Assembly: GCA_037440465.1 (NCBI GenBank)
Contig: JBBIUB010000001.1
Coordinates: forward strand, 140,105 to 204,104
DNA from: Coprothermobacterota bacterium
Lineage (GTDB): Bacteria; Coprothermobacterota; HKB111
Direction: 5' to 3'
DNA length: 64,000 bases
Shown piece by piece: positions 10,559-19,481 of this stretch (its first letter is position 1; each line of letters begins with the position of its first letter). Position numbers and translations under genes: made by a program. The notes under the pieces were generated by a model. The model did no database searches. It saw only the letters and a list, made by a program, of their open reading frames with translations, and had not been told where the DNA came from.

Positions 10559-11326
10559 ATGCCATATTTACCATTTAAGAACGGAAATTTATACTATGAA
10601 GAATCAGGAGAAGGCGATAGGAAACTCCTCTTTGTGCATGGAAACATCGCTTCTCTTAATTACTGGAGAAAATTAAGACCTTATTTACCAACTAAGATAA
10701 AGTGTTTTTTCCTCGACCTTCCCGGATATGGTAAATCTGATAATATTTCGCCATATAACCTTGAATCCTTTGCTGATTCAATTATCTATTTTGCTGAAAA
10801 ATTAGAGCTCAAAACCTTTACCTATGTTGGACATTCCACCGGGGGGCTTATAGGTATAATATCTACCTTAAAAGGTGCTCCAATAGCAAAACTTATCCTT
10901 ATATCTACCGTTCCTGCAAGTGGATATCCTCTTACAGAAGATTCCAGAGCTGCTTTTACCTTTCTTATGACTAATAGGGACTTCCTCGAGCAGACCTTAA
11001 GGAACCATGTATTTCCTAGCATCTCAGATGAAAACTTAGCACTTGAACTTATTCAAGATGCAGTAAGAGCCATTCCCCAGGGTTACACCGATGTTCCAGA
11101 AAGCCTGGGTGAAACAAATGTCCTTAAGGAGGCTAAAGAACTAAAGATTCCCATCCTTTTTATCCATGGGACAGAAGATAAAGTCATTCCACTTGATTGG
11201 GCAAGAGAAACTTTTGACACAATAAATGGGAAGGTAATTATTCTGAAAGGTGCCGGTCACACACCTCAGATTTCTTTCCCACAGGAAGTAGCAACACATA
11301 TAGTGAACTTTGTAAAGGAGAATTAA
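10559..11326 (+). CDS. Alpha/beta hydrolase (esterase or depolymerase-like)
   Basis: VHGN oxyanion region, GHSTGG nucleophile elbow, HGTED, GAGH; start set at ATG 10559 after SD AGGAGG. Confidence 0.9.
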   Translation: MPYLPFKNGNLYYEESGEGDRKLLFVHGNIASLNYWRKLRPYLPTKIKCFFLDLPGYGKSDNISPYNLESFADSIIYFAEKLELKTFTYVGHSTGGLIGIISTLKGAPIAKLILISTVPASGYPLTEDSRAAFTFLMTNRDFLEQTLRNHVFPSISDENLALELIQDAVRAIPQGYTDVPESLGETNVLKEAKELKIPILFIHGTEDKVIPLDWARETFDTINGKVIILKGAGHTPQISFPQEVATHIVNFVKEN

Positions 11327-11328
11327 AT

Positions 11329-12072
11329 ATGGGAAAGTTTGAAAACAAAATAAGTATTGTTACAGGTGGTGGAAGAGGAATTGGTAAAGAGATATGCCTA
11401 TCTTTTGCTACAGAAGGAGCTAAGATAGTCATCTGGGATATAGACCAAGAAAGAGCACAGGAGGTTAAAGGTCGGTGTGAAGCACTGGGCATAGAAGTCC
11501 TGGTTCAACGGGTTGATGTAACCAATAGAAACCAGATTAAAAATGCAGTTGATGAAGTTATTGGCAAGTGGGGTAGAATAGATATTCTTGTTAATAATGC
11601 AGGCATAACCCGAGATGCTTATCTTTCAAAAATGTCAGAAGAAGATTTCGATATGGTTATAAACATTAATCTTAAGGGCGTATTTAACTGTACTCAATTA
11701 GTTGTTCCTCATATGATGACCCAAAACTACGGAAATATAATATGTATCTCCTCTATAGTAGGTAGAGATGGAAATATCGGGCAAACCAACTATGCTGCTT
11801 CCAAAGCTGGAGTAATAGGTATGGTCAAGACCTGGGGTAAAGAACTCGCCAGGTTTAACATTAGAGCCAATGCTATTGCTCCTGGCTTTATCGCTACAGA
11901 AATGACCCAAAAAGTTCCAGAGAAGGTCATTGAGATGGTAAAGGAAAAAACACCCTTGAAACGCCTGGGAACACCGCAAGAAATAGGAAGACTGGCTGTT
12001 TTCCTCGCCTCTGAAGAATCCTCCTTCATCACCGGCCAGGTCATAAGTGTTGATGGAGGTCTTGTCCTCTAA
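11329..12072 (+). CDS. fabG: 3-oxoacyl-ACP / acetoacetyl-CoA reductase (SDR, FabG/PhaB-like)
   Basis: TGGGRGIG, NNAGITRD, YAASK, GNIGQTN. Confidence 0.85.
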   Translation: MGKFENKISIVTGGGRGIGKEICLSFATEGAKIVIWDIDQERAQEVKGRCEALGIEVLVQRVDVTNRNQIKNAVDEVIGKWGRIDILVNNAGITRDAYLSKMSEEDFDMVININLKGVFNCTQLVVPHMMTQNYGNIICISSIVGRDGNIGQTNYAASKAGVIGMVKTWGKELARFNIRANAIAPGFIATEMTQKVPEKVIEMVKEKTPLKRLGTPQEIGRLAVFLASEESSFITGQVISVDGGLVL

Positions 12073-12086
12073 TTAAGGGTGATGAG

Positions 12087-13310
12087 TTGAGTAAAAGAGA
12101 ACCAAGAACTTCCAAGGGAATTAGAGCAAAAGATCTGCTCATTGAAAAAGCTGAAGAATTATTTTACCAGAAAGGCTATTTTCAGACTTCTATCCCAGCC
12201 ATAGTTAAAGAAGCTCGTCTAAGTGTACCTTCTTTTTATCAATATTTTAAAAATAAGGAAGATGTTCTACTGGAGATTGTCTCAGTCCTATCTAAAGAGT
12301 TCCTGGGTGAATTACGGAAATCCCTGGAAAATACTGATAATACAGAAATTGCCATTCATAATTTCTATAAAACATTTCTTACCTTCCTTTATAACAACAA
12401 GAAGAAGTATAAAATCTTCAGAGAAACAGAGTTTGCAGGCTACTCTTTCGTGAAGGATTTCTATATCCACCTAACAGACTTAGTAAAGGAATTTCTTTAT
12501 AAAGATATTCCTTCAGACAAATTAAAAGATGACTTATCATATACCCTGATTGGTTCTGCATATTTCGTTGCTTTAAAAAAGATTGACTGGGAGAGCTCCT
12601 CAAACATAGATTTTCTTGCTGATAATCTTATTCAATTCTTTCTAAAAGGCATTGATAAAAAAAGAAACTATGTTTTTTCACCTGCCTGGAAGGAAAGAAT
12701 AGAAATAACCTCTCAAGAACAAGTACTAACAAGGGGAGAGCGTACTCAGAAAGATATCCTAAAAGCTGCAGAAAAGCTTTTTGGAAATAAAGGTTTCTGG
12801 GAAACTCATATCTCTGATATAACTAACGATATTGATATTGGTCAAGGTACTTTCTACCTATATTTTGACTCTAAGATTGAACTCTTGAGCAAATTAGTAA
12901 AAGAAATTAATAGAGGGTTAAGATATACGGTTTACCAGTATATAAAAGAAGCCAGTGATAGGCGAGAGATAGAAGTTAAAGGTTTAGTAGCTTTCTCAGA
13001 TTACATAATAGAACACAAAAACGCTTACCGTGTGGTACGAGAAGCTGAATTCGTTGATAGGGAAATAGGTAAATGGTATTACAACCGGGTTGTAGAGCCT
13101 TACGCTATCAAACTTAAAGAAGCCATTGAAAAAGGAGAAGTTTCCAGTATTGACCCTGAGATATTAGCACTGGCTATTATAGGAGTTGGTCATTTTCTGG
13201 GATTACGTTGGGTAGTCTGGAACAACGATAATAATAAAGGAATACCCTCTGAATCTCTTTACAATACTCTAAAGATTATTTTATGGGGAGCAAAAAATGA
13301 AAAGAATTGA
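12087..13310 (+). CDS. Tandem double TetR-family regulator
   Basis: Two TetR HTH units (AEELFYQKGYFQTS...FYQYFKNK and AEKLFGNKGFWETH...FYLYFDSK), each followed by an RE(T/A)EF segment. Confidence 0.9.
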   Translation: MSKREPRTSKGIRAKDLLIEKAEELFYQKGYFQTSIPAIVKEARLSVPSFYQYFKNKEDVLLEIVSVLSKEFLGELRKSLENTDNTEIAIHNFYKTFLTFLYNNKKKYKIFRETEFAGYSFVKDFYIHLTDLVKEFLYKDIPSDKLKDDLSYTLIGSAYFVALKKIDWESSSNIDFLADNLIQFFLKGIDKKRNYVFSPAWKERIEITSQEQVLTRGERTQKDILKAAEKLFGNKGFWETHISDITNDIDIGQGTFYLYFDSKIELLSKLVKEINRGLRYTVYQYIKEASDRREIEVKGLVAFSDYIIEHKNAYRVVREAEFVDREIGKWYYNRVVEPYAIKLKEAIEKGEVSSIDPEILALAIIGVGHFLGLRWVVWNNDNNKGIPSESLYNTLKIILWGAKNEKN

Positions 13311-14580
13311 TATAGATGATCTTTTGAGGATTATCCCACCTAAAGCAAGTATCGTTGTAGGAATGGTTGCTGCTCAACCAAAAGAATTTCTTTTTAACCT
13401 TCACAGGAAACAAGATGTAGAACTTATTACAGTGACTTTAGCTCTACCACTTGAGGCATATGAATTTTTTTCAAATCCTCTATATAAGGACAAATTTCTA
13501 CTGGAAGCCTGGTATCATGGTCCTTTTGCCAGGAAGGCGTATGAGTTAGGAACTGTCACTTTTGTCCCCAATCAACTTAACAAAGCAGGTATTGATAGAC
13601 AAGAAGTAAATCCGCCAGATGTTATAGTTCTTACTTCGCCACCCATTGATCAATATGGATACTTTAACCTTTCTCTCTCTGTAACTTATGAAAAATACCT
13701 GGCTCTTCAAAAGAAAAAAGGAGCCATGGTTGTCATTGAAATCAATAAAAATCTTCCAAGAGTACTGGGAGATACATTTCTTCCCCATAGTTATGTTGAT
13801 TACTATTATGAGACGGACATGCCCTTATTTTCACTTGAAGAACAGAAAACCCAGAGAGAGGAAGAAAAAATTGGCCATTTAATTTCAGAGTTAGTTGAAG
13901 ATGGCTCAACTATTCAATTGGGAATAGGAGGCATTCCAAATACAGTTGCCTATCTTTTAGAAAAAAAAGAAGACCTCGGTGTTCATACCGAGATGATAAC
14001 AGAAAGTATGGCTTATCTTTACAGAAAGGGGGTGATTAACGGAAGAAAGAAGAGTTTTTATCCTGCTACTATGGTAGGAACTTTTATTTATGGTTCAGCA
14101 AAGCTCTACGAATTTGCTCATGAAAACCCTGCTGTCACACTTTTACCCGGACATATAACCAATGATCCATACGTTATAGGGCAACAACACAAGATGGTTT
14201 CAATAAATACAGCTCTTATGATAGATTTAAATGGTCAGGTATGCTCAGAAAGTATTGGTCTTGAGCAGATAACAGGTACAGGTGGTCAGGTAAATTTCCA
14301 CACAGGTGCTCAGTTCTCTCGTGGAGGAAAAGGGATTTTAGCCATAAAATCAACAGCTCGAAATGGTGAATTGTCCTCTATAGTACCTGTACTACCTCTC
14401 GGTTCAACAGTGACCCTATCTCGTAACGATGTAGATTACATAGTAACTGAATATGGTGTTGGAAGGTTAAAAGGTAGAAGTGTAAAGGAAAGAGTAGAAA
14501 TATTAATTTCTATCGCTCACCCGAAGTTCAAAGATTACCTTCGGGAAGAAGCAAAAAGACTAAAAATCTATAATTGGTAG
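13297..14580 (+). CDS. Acetyl-CoA hydrolase/transferase family (4-hydroxybutyrate CoA-transferase-like)
   Basis: QLGIGGIP, DLGVHTEM (catalytic Glu), GTGGQVNF, VTEYGV. Confidence 0.92.
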   Translation: MKRIDIDDLLRIIPPKASIVVGMVAAQPKEFLFNLHRKQDVELITVTLALPLEAYEFFSNPLYKDKFLLEAWYHGPFARKAYELGTVTFVPNQLNKAGIDRQEVNPPDVIVLTSPPIDQYGYFNLSLSVTYEKYLALQKKKGAMVVIEINKNLPRVLGDTFLPHSYVDYYYETDMPLFSLEEQKTQREEEKIGHLISELVEDGSTIQLGIGGIPNTVAYLLEKKEDLGVHTEMITESMAYLYRKGVINGRKKSFYPATMVGTFIYGSAKLYEFAHENPAVTLLPGHITNDPYVIGQQHKMVSINTALMIDLNGQVCSESIGLEQITGTGGQVNFHTGAQFSRGGKGILAIKSTARNGELSSIVPVLPLGSTVTLSRNDVDYIVTEYGVGRLKGRSVKERVEILISIAHPKFKDYLREEAKRLKIYNW

Positions 14581-14589
14581 GAGGAGAAT

Positions 14590-16155
14590 GTGAAAAAAAT
14601 TATCAGTATGTTATTAGTGTTAAGTATTTTTGCATGGGGCGCTCCTCAATCGATCGCTCAAACTGAAGGAGATGGTTTGCTTTTGGTTTTGCAGGTAGGA
14701 TCAACATCTTACTTTAAAAACGGAACTAAACTTGAAATTGATGTAAAACCAGAAATTCTTAAAGGAAGAACCTTCGTACCTATTAGATTTGTGAGTGAAG
14801 CCATGGGAGCTAAGGTTACATGGGTTGAAGCTACTAAAACTGTTATAGTATCCACTGATAAAACCACTATTACCTTAAAAGTGGGCAGCATAGAAGCTCT
14901 AATAGATGGCAAGAAACATACTTTAGAAGCCGCTCCTTACATTAAAACCGGCAGAACTATGGCACCAGTAAGGTTAGTTAGCGAAGGATTAGGTCTTAAT
15001 GTTTACTGGGAAGGTAAAGCCAAGCAGATTTTCCTTAGAGGAAAACCAATGGTAACAGTTCCTGGAATTTCTGACAATGAGATTAAAATTGGTTCATTTA
15101 TTGCCCTCACAGGAGTTCTGGCTTTTATAGGAGTACCTTACTATCAGGGGTTTCAATCATACCTCAATATGGTGAATGACGAGGGCGGAATCAATGGAAG
15201 AAAAATTAATCTTATTGTGGAAGATGACCGTTTTGACCCTGCAAGAACCGTAATTGGAGTTAGAAAACTTGTTGAAGAAGATAAAGTCTTCGCTATTGTT
15301 GGTGGACTTGGAACTCCAGGTAGCCTTGCAGTTATGGATTATCTGAATAAAGGCAAGGTTCCTTTTGTATATCAAGCATCTGGTGTCTCTGTACTATCTA
15401 TTCCTGCTAAGCGTTATATATTCTCTGTTCAGCCAAATTACTATAATGAAGGTCAGATATTCGTAAGATACATTGTAGGAGAATTGAAACAAAAAAAGAT
15501 TGCTGTACTTTACCAGAATGATGACGCTGGTAGAGAAGGCTTATTCGGAGTTAATACTGGAATAAGGAGATTTGGAGGAAACCTTGTTGCTGACCTCCCC
15601 TTCCCTGGTACAGAAACAGACTTTACTCCATATCTTTTAAGAGTTAAAGCCAGCGGCGCAGAATCCCTGATAGTCTATACTCTCAGTGCAGGCATTGGTG
15701 GTACGATCGTTAAAGCGGCAAAGGCTTTGGGGCTTACTCAAAAAATATTCCTGCCATATCCACATGCTGGAATTATCGCTGCGGCTGGTGATGCCTCAGA
15801 AGATGTGTATGTAACTGGTTGGGTTGATTTTTCAGATGCAAAAGATCCAGGTGTCATTAAATTTTGGGAAACTTGGCTTAAGTACTATCCTAAAGGTGAC
15901 CCCCTACTTTTTGCTTATGCAGTAGCTGGTTTTGTTGCTGGTGAAGTATTTGTGGAATCACTAAAAAGACTTGGACCTTATCCAAGCCGTGAAGCACTAA
16001 TCTGGGCGCTTGAAGCCTTTAAGGGATGGGATGGTTATCTTGTTAAAGACCTTAGCTACGGACCTAAAGAAAGATCAGGTAAATACTCCATGTTCTTTAT
16101 GCAGGTTCAGAAAAAGGAGCTTAAGAAAGTTAGCAGCTGGATTTCTGTTTTCTAA
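14590..16155 (+). CDS. Branched-chain-type ABC substrate-binding protein fused to an N-terminal copper amine oxidase-like 'stalk' domain
   Basis: Signal peptide; GRTFVPIRFVSEAMGAKVTW and APYIKTGRTMAPVRLVSEGLG stalk repeats; then PGISDNEIKIG...GGINGRKI..EDD, a Leu-binding-protein-type domain. Confidence 0.88.
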   Translation: MKKIISMLLVLSIFAWGAPQSIAQTEGDGLLLVLQVGSTSYFKNGTKLEIDVKPEILKGRTFVPIRFVSEAMGAKVTWVEATKTVIVSTDKTTITLKVGSIEALIDGKKHTLEAAPYIKTGRTMAPVRLVSEGLGLNVYWEGKAKQIFLRGKPMVTVPGISDNEIKIGSFIALTGVLAFIGVPYYQGFQSYLNMVNDEGGINGRKINLIVEDDRFDPARTVIGVRKLVEEDKVFAIVGGLGTPGSLAVMDYLNKGKVPFVYQASGVSVLSIPAKRYIFSVQPNYYNEGQIFVRYIVGELKQKKIAVLYQNDDAGREGLFGVNTGIRRFGGNLVADLPFPGTETDFTPYLLRVKASGAESLIVYTLSAGIGGTIVKAAKALGLTQKIFLPYPHAGIIAAAGDASEDVYVTGWVDFSDAKDPGVIKFWETWLKYYPKGDPLLFAYAVAGFVAGEVFVESLKRLGPYPSREALIWALEAFKGWDGYLVKDLSYGPKERSGKYSMFFMQVQKKELKKVSSWISVF

Positions 16156-16171
16156 ATAAAGAACCTGTAAC

Positions 16172-16200
16172 GAGGTGGGGGTAAAACCAACCCCCACCTC
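16172..16200 (+). other. Intergenic GC-rich hairpin after the SBP gene (mRNA stabiliser or partial terminator)
   Basis: 11-bp stem GAGGTGGGGGT/ACCCCCACCTC with no U-tract. Confidence 0.7.
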
Positions 16201-16225
16201 AATTATCTAAGAAAGGGGAGAAGAG

Positions 16226-16966
16226 TTGTTAAAAGTAGAAAACCTTACAGTCAGGTTTGGTGGATTGGTAGCAATAAATAAACTTTCTTTTGAGGTAAAA
16301 CAAGGCTCTATTCATGGATTGATAGGCCCCAATGGTGCTGGAAAAACAACCGTATTTAATAGTATATTTAAGATTGTTCCTTATGATGGAACAATTAATT
16401 TCAAAGGTAATGACATCAGAAAATATCCAACTCATACTCTACCAGCAATGGGGATTACCAGAACATTTCAGAACCTGAGTATTTTTTCTTCAATGACTGT
16501 GAAAGAAAATATTTTAGTAGGATTACATGCCAAAACTAGTAGTCTTCTCCTTAAAGACCTAATCGGTCTATATGTAGATACAGAAAAAGAACTTCAGTAC
16601 ATAAGTAAATCTTTAGGTGTCACACTATTACTACCTACCTATGCAGCTTTCCTTCCCTTCGGGACACTCAAGATGGTGGAGTTGGCAAGAGCTCTGATAA
16701 GCGGACCTGAGCTATTGTTGCTGGATGAACCTGGAGCAGGGTTAAACCTTACAGAAAAAGAGAAGCTTAAAGGCTTGATAAAAGAGGTCAAAAATAAGGG
16801 AATCACTGTTTTGATTGTAGAACATGATATGGGTATAATCATGGATGTTTCGGACCACATAACCGTTATGAATTTCGGAGAAAAGATAGCTGAAGGATCT
16901 GCCGATGAAATATCTCACAATCAGAAAGTCATTGAAGCTTATTTGGGGGAGGAAATCTATGCTTAA
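16226..16966 (+). CDS. Liv-type ABC transporter ATP-binding subunit (LivG-like)
   Basis: GPNGAGKT, ITRTFQN, LLDEP, VEHDM, EAYLG. Confidence 0.93.
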   Translation: MLKVENLTVRFGGLVAINKLSFEVKQGSIHGLIGPNGAGKTTVFNSIFKIVPYDGTINFKGNDIRKYPTHTLPAMGITRTFQNLSIFSSMTVKENILVGLHAKTSSLLLKDLIGLYVDTEKELQYISKSLGVTLLLPTYAAFLPFGTLKMVELARALISGPELLLLDEPGAGLNLTEKEKLKGLIKEVKNKGITVLIVEHDMGIIMDVSDHITVMNFGEKIAEGSADEISHNQKVIEAYLGEEIYA

Positions 16967-17660
16967 AATTGAAAAATTATCATCAGGTTATGGACCTCTT
17001 GAAGCCATTCATGGAATTAGTTTAACCGTAGAAAAAGGAGAGATCGTCGCTGTTCTGGGCTCTAATGGAGCAGGTAAAACCACTCTCCTCAAGACCATTT
17101 CAGGATTAATCAGACTGACAAAAGGCCACGTTTCCTTTGAAGGAACCATTTTGAACAATCTCGAACCCCCAAATATTGTTAAATTGGGTATTATACATAT
17201 CCCTGAAGGTAGGCGCATTTTTCCTGGATTGACAGTCAGAGAAAACCTAACTCTTGCTGGGTATTACCTCAAAAAAAATGAGCTTGATAATAGAATCAAA
17301 TTTGCTTACTCAATTTTTCCTCTTTTAAAAGAAAGAGAAAAACAATCAGGAGGAACATTAAGTGGAGGAGAACAACAGATGCTTGCTCTGGCAAGGGGTT
17401 TGATACCAAATCCAAAATTACTTCTCATGGATGAACCATCTCTTGGTCTTGCTCCGAAACTTGTTTCTTTAATTTATCAAACGCTGGAGAAACTGAAAAA
17501 AAATGGAATCACTATTCTTCTTGTAGAACAGAATGCAAAAAAAGCCTTAGAGGTTTCAGATAGAGCTTATGTTCTTACTACTGGTTACCTTACCCTGGAA
17601 GGCACATCCAGAGGGCTTATGTCCAATGAAAATGTCAAGAAACTTTATTTAGGGAGGTAG
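16959..17660 (+). CDS. Liv-type ABC transporter ATP-binding subunit (LivF-like)
   Basis: GSNGAGKT, PEGRRIF, LSGGEQQM, DEPSLGLAP; start at ATG 16959 after GGAGG. Confidence 0.93.
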   Translation: MLKIEKLSSGYGPLEAIHGISLTVEKGEIVAVLGSNGAGKTTLLKTISGLIRLTKGHVSFEGTILNNLEPPNIVKLGIIHIPEGRRIFPGLTVRENLTLAGYYLKKNELDNRIKFAYSIFPLLKEREKQSGGTLSGGEQQMLALARGLIPNPKLLLMDEPSLGLAPKLVSLIYQTLEKLKKNGITILLVEQNAKKALEVSDRAYVLTTGYLTLEGTSRGLMSNENVKKLYLGR

Positions 17661-17661
17661 A

Positions 17662-18534
17662 ATGTTTGATACACTATTAAACTTGACAGCAAGAGGACTC
17701 TCTACAGGCGCAATATACAGCCTTATCGCCATGGGAATTGTGCTTATTTTCCAGACCACCAGTGTGATGAATTTTGCTCAAGGAAATGCAGGCATGTTTA
17801 TCACTTACCTGGCTTTCTTCCTCTTAGCTTTAAAAGTCCCTTTTCCTTTAGTTATAATATTAGCTTTGTTATTTGGAGCTCTGTTCGGTGGATTAACCGA
17901 AAGATTTTTGATGAGGAGAGTTAGAGAAAGGTCACATGTAGGACTTCTCATGATTACACTTGGTCTCGCGCTCATTTTCGAAGGTTTGGCTGCTTCTATC
18001 TTTGGAACATTTCCCCTCAACTTCCCTCCTATTTTAACCGGGCCTCCCGTGCATGTAGGTCCAATAATCTTAAGCAAACAAGATATCATCGTTAATTTAT
18101 TATCATTGGCATTGTTTACATTGCTATTCCTGGTTCTTTATAAAACTAAAATTGGGATAGGAGCAAGGAGTATTGCTGAAGATGAATACGGTGCTAGAGT
18201 TTTGGGAATACCTGTTTTTAATATCTACATCTTTATCTGGGCATTGGGCTTTGCTTTACCAGGTTTAGCAGGTATTCTGGTAGTACCAAGATTCTCTCTC
18301 GAGCCTCACTTTATGGTGCCAATACAGATAAAAGCCTTTACAGCAGCGGTTTTTGGAGGGATGAACTCTGTTCAGGGAGCCATTGTTGGCGGTCTTCTTC
18401 TTGGTGTTTTAGAAAATATCGTTGCTTTCTATTACCCTATCCTTAAAGAAAGTTTTTCTTTGATTTTGGTAGTAATTGTGCTTTTAATTTTTCCCACTGG
18501 ACTATTTGGTAAAAGATCTCAGAGGAGGTTTTGA
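17662..18534 (+). CDS. Liv-type ABC permease (LivH-like)
   Basis: GAIYSLIAMG..F..TSVMNFAQG, KAFTAAVFGG, PTGLFG. Confidence 0.92.
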   Translation: MFDTLLNLTARGLSTGAIYSLIAMGIVLIFQTTSVMNFAQGNAGMFITYLAFFLLALKVPFPLVIILALLFGALFGGLTERFLMRRVRERSHVGLLMITLGLALIFEGLAASIFGTFPLNFPPILTGPPVHVGPIILSKQDIIVNLLSLALFTLLFLVLYKTKIGIGARSIAEDEYGARVLGIPVFNIYIFIWALGFALPGLAGILVVPRFSLEPHFMVPIQIKAFTAAVFGGMNSVQGAIVGGLLLGVLENIVAFYYPILKESFSLILVVIVLLIFPTGLFGKRSQRRF

Positions 18535-19481
18535 TGAAAAAAACGACCTTTTTAAGTATTGCTTTAATAATTCTTGCGCTGTCTTTGCCTTTACCATTTT
18601 TATACATGCAAAAACCTTCTATTGTTGGCTATTTTAACATGGTAATACTTTTCGCTATTGGTACTCAAGGCCTTAATTTACTTTTGGGATACGCAGGTCA
18701 AGTATCTTTAGGCCATGCGGCTTTCATGGCTATAGGAGGGTACATATCTGCTATCTTAGTTATGAGTTATAATGTTAATAGCCTTTTTGCCATTGTGATT
18801 GCTACAGCTTTTGCTGGTTTATGTGGTCTCCTGGTAGGTTTTCCTTCCCTGAGACTATCCGGATTTTATTTAGCCATAGCAACCATGGCTCTTGGTAGTG
18901 CCACTACTGACCTGATAAAAAGACTAAGCATTACAGGTGGAGACCATGGCTTAAGAAGCATCTCTCCACTTAAGATATTAAATTTTGAATTTTACTCTGA
19001 ATTTTCCAAATACTATCTATTCTTATTCATGATGGTGACAATATTTTTACTTGTTAAAAACCTTATTAATAGTAGAAGCGGAAGAGCTCTAAGAGCAATA
19101 AGAGATGCAGAACTGACTGCTGAATCTGTAGGAATAAATGTAGCTTATTATAAACTTGTAGCTTTTGTCTTATCATCAATGATTGCAGGTTTAAGCGGAG
19201 CTTTATATGCTCATTCAGTTTCTTATCTACACCCCAATACTTTTGGGTTAGGTTTCTCTATCGAATTCCTGGCAATGGCTATAGTTGGAGGATTAGGAAC
19301 AATCTGGGGTCCTCTTTTAGGGGCATCTTTCTGGGTGCTTCTACCCAGAATCATTGGACCACGATTAGAATACTTATCTACAGTAGTATTTGGTATAGCA
19401 GTAATACTGAGTGTAATGTTTCTACCATATGGTTTGAGTGAGATTATCTATCGTTTAGAGAAAAAAATGAAATTAAGATAA
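18531..19481 (+). CDS. Liv-type ABC permease (LivM-like)
   Basis: GLNLLLGYAGQVSLGHAAF, LRLSGFYLAIAT, GRALRAIRD. Confidence 0.92.
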   Translation: MMKKTTFLSIALIILALSLPLPFLYMQKPSIVGYFNMVILFAIGTQGLNLLLGYAGQVSLGHAAFMAIGGYISAILVMSYNVNSLFAIVIATAFAGLCGLLVGFPSLRLSGFYLAIATMALGSATTDLIKRLSITGGDHGLRSISPLKILNFEFYSEFSKYYLFLFMMVTIFLLVKNLINSRSGRALRAIRDAELTAESVGINVAYYKLVAFVLSSMIAGLSGALYAHSVSYLHPNTFGLGFSIEFLAMAIVGGLGTIWGPLLGASFWVLLPRIIGPRLEYLSTVVFGIAVILSVMFLPYGLSEIIYRLEKKMKLR

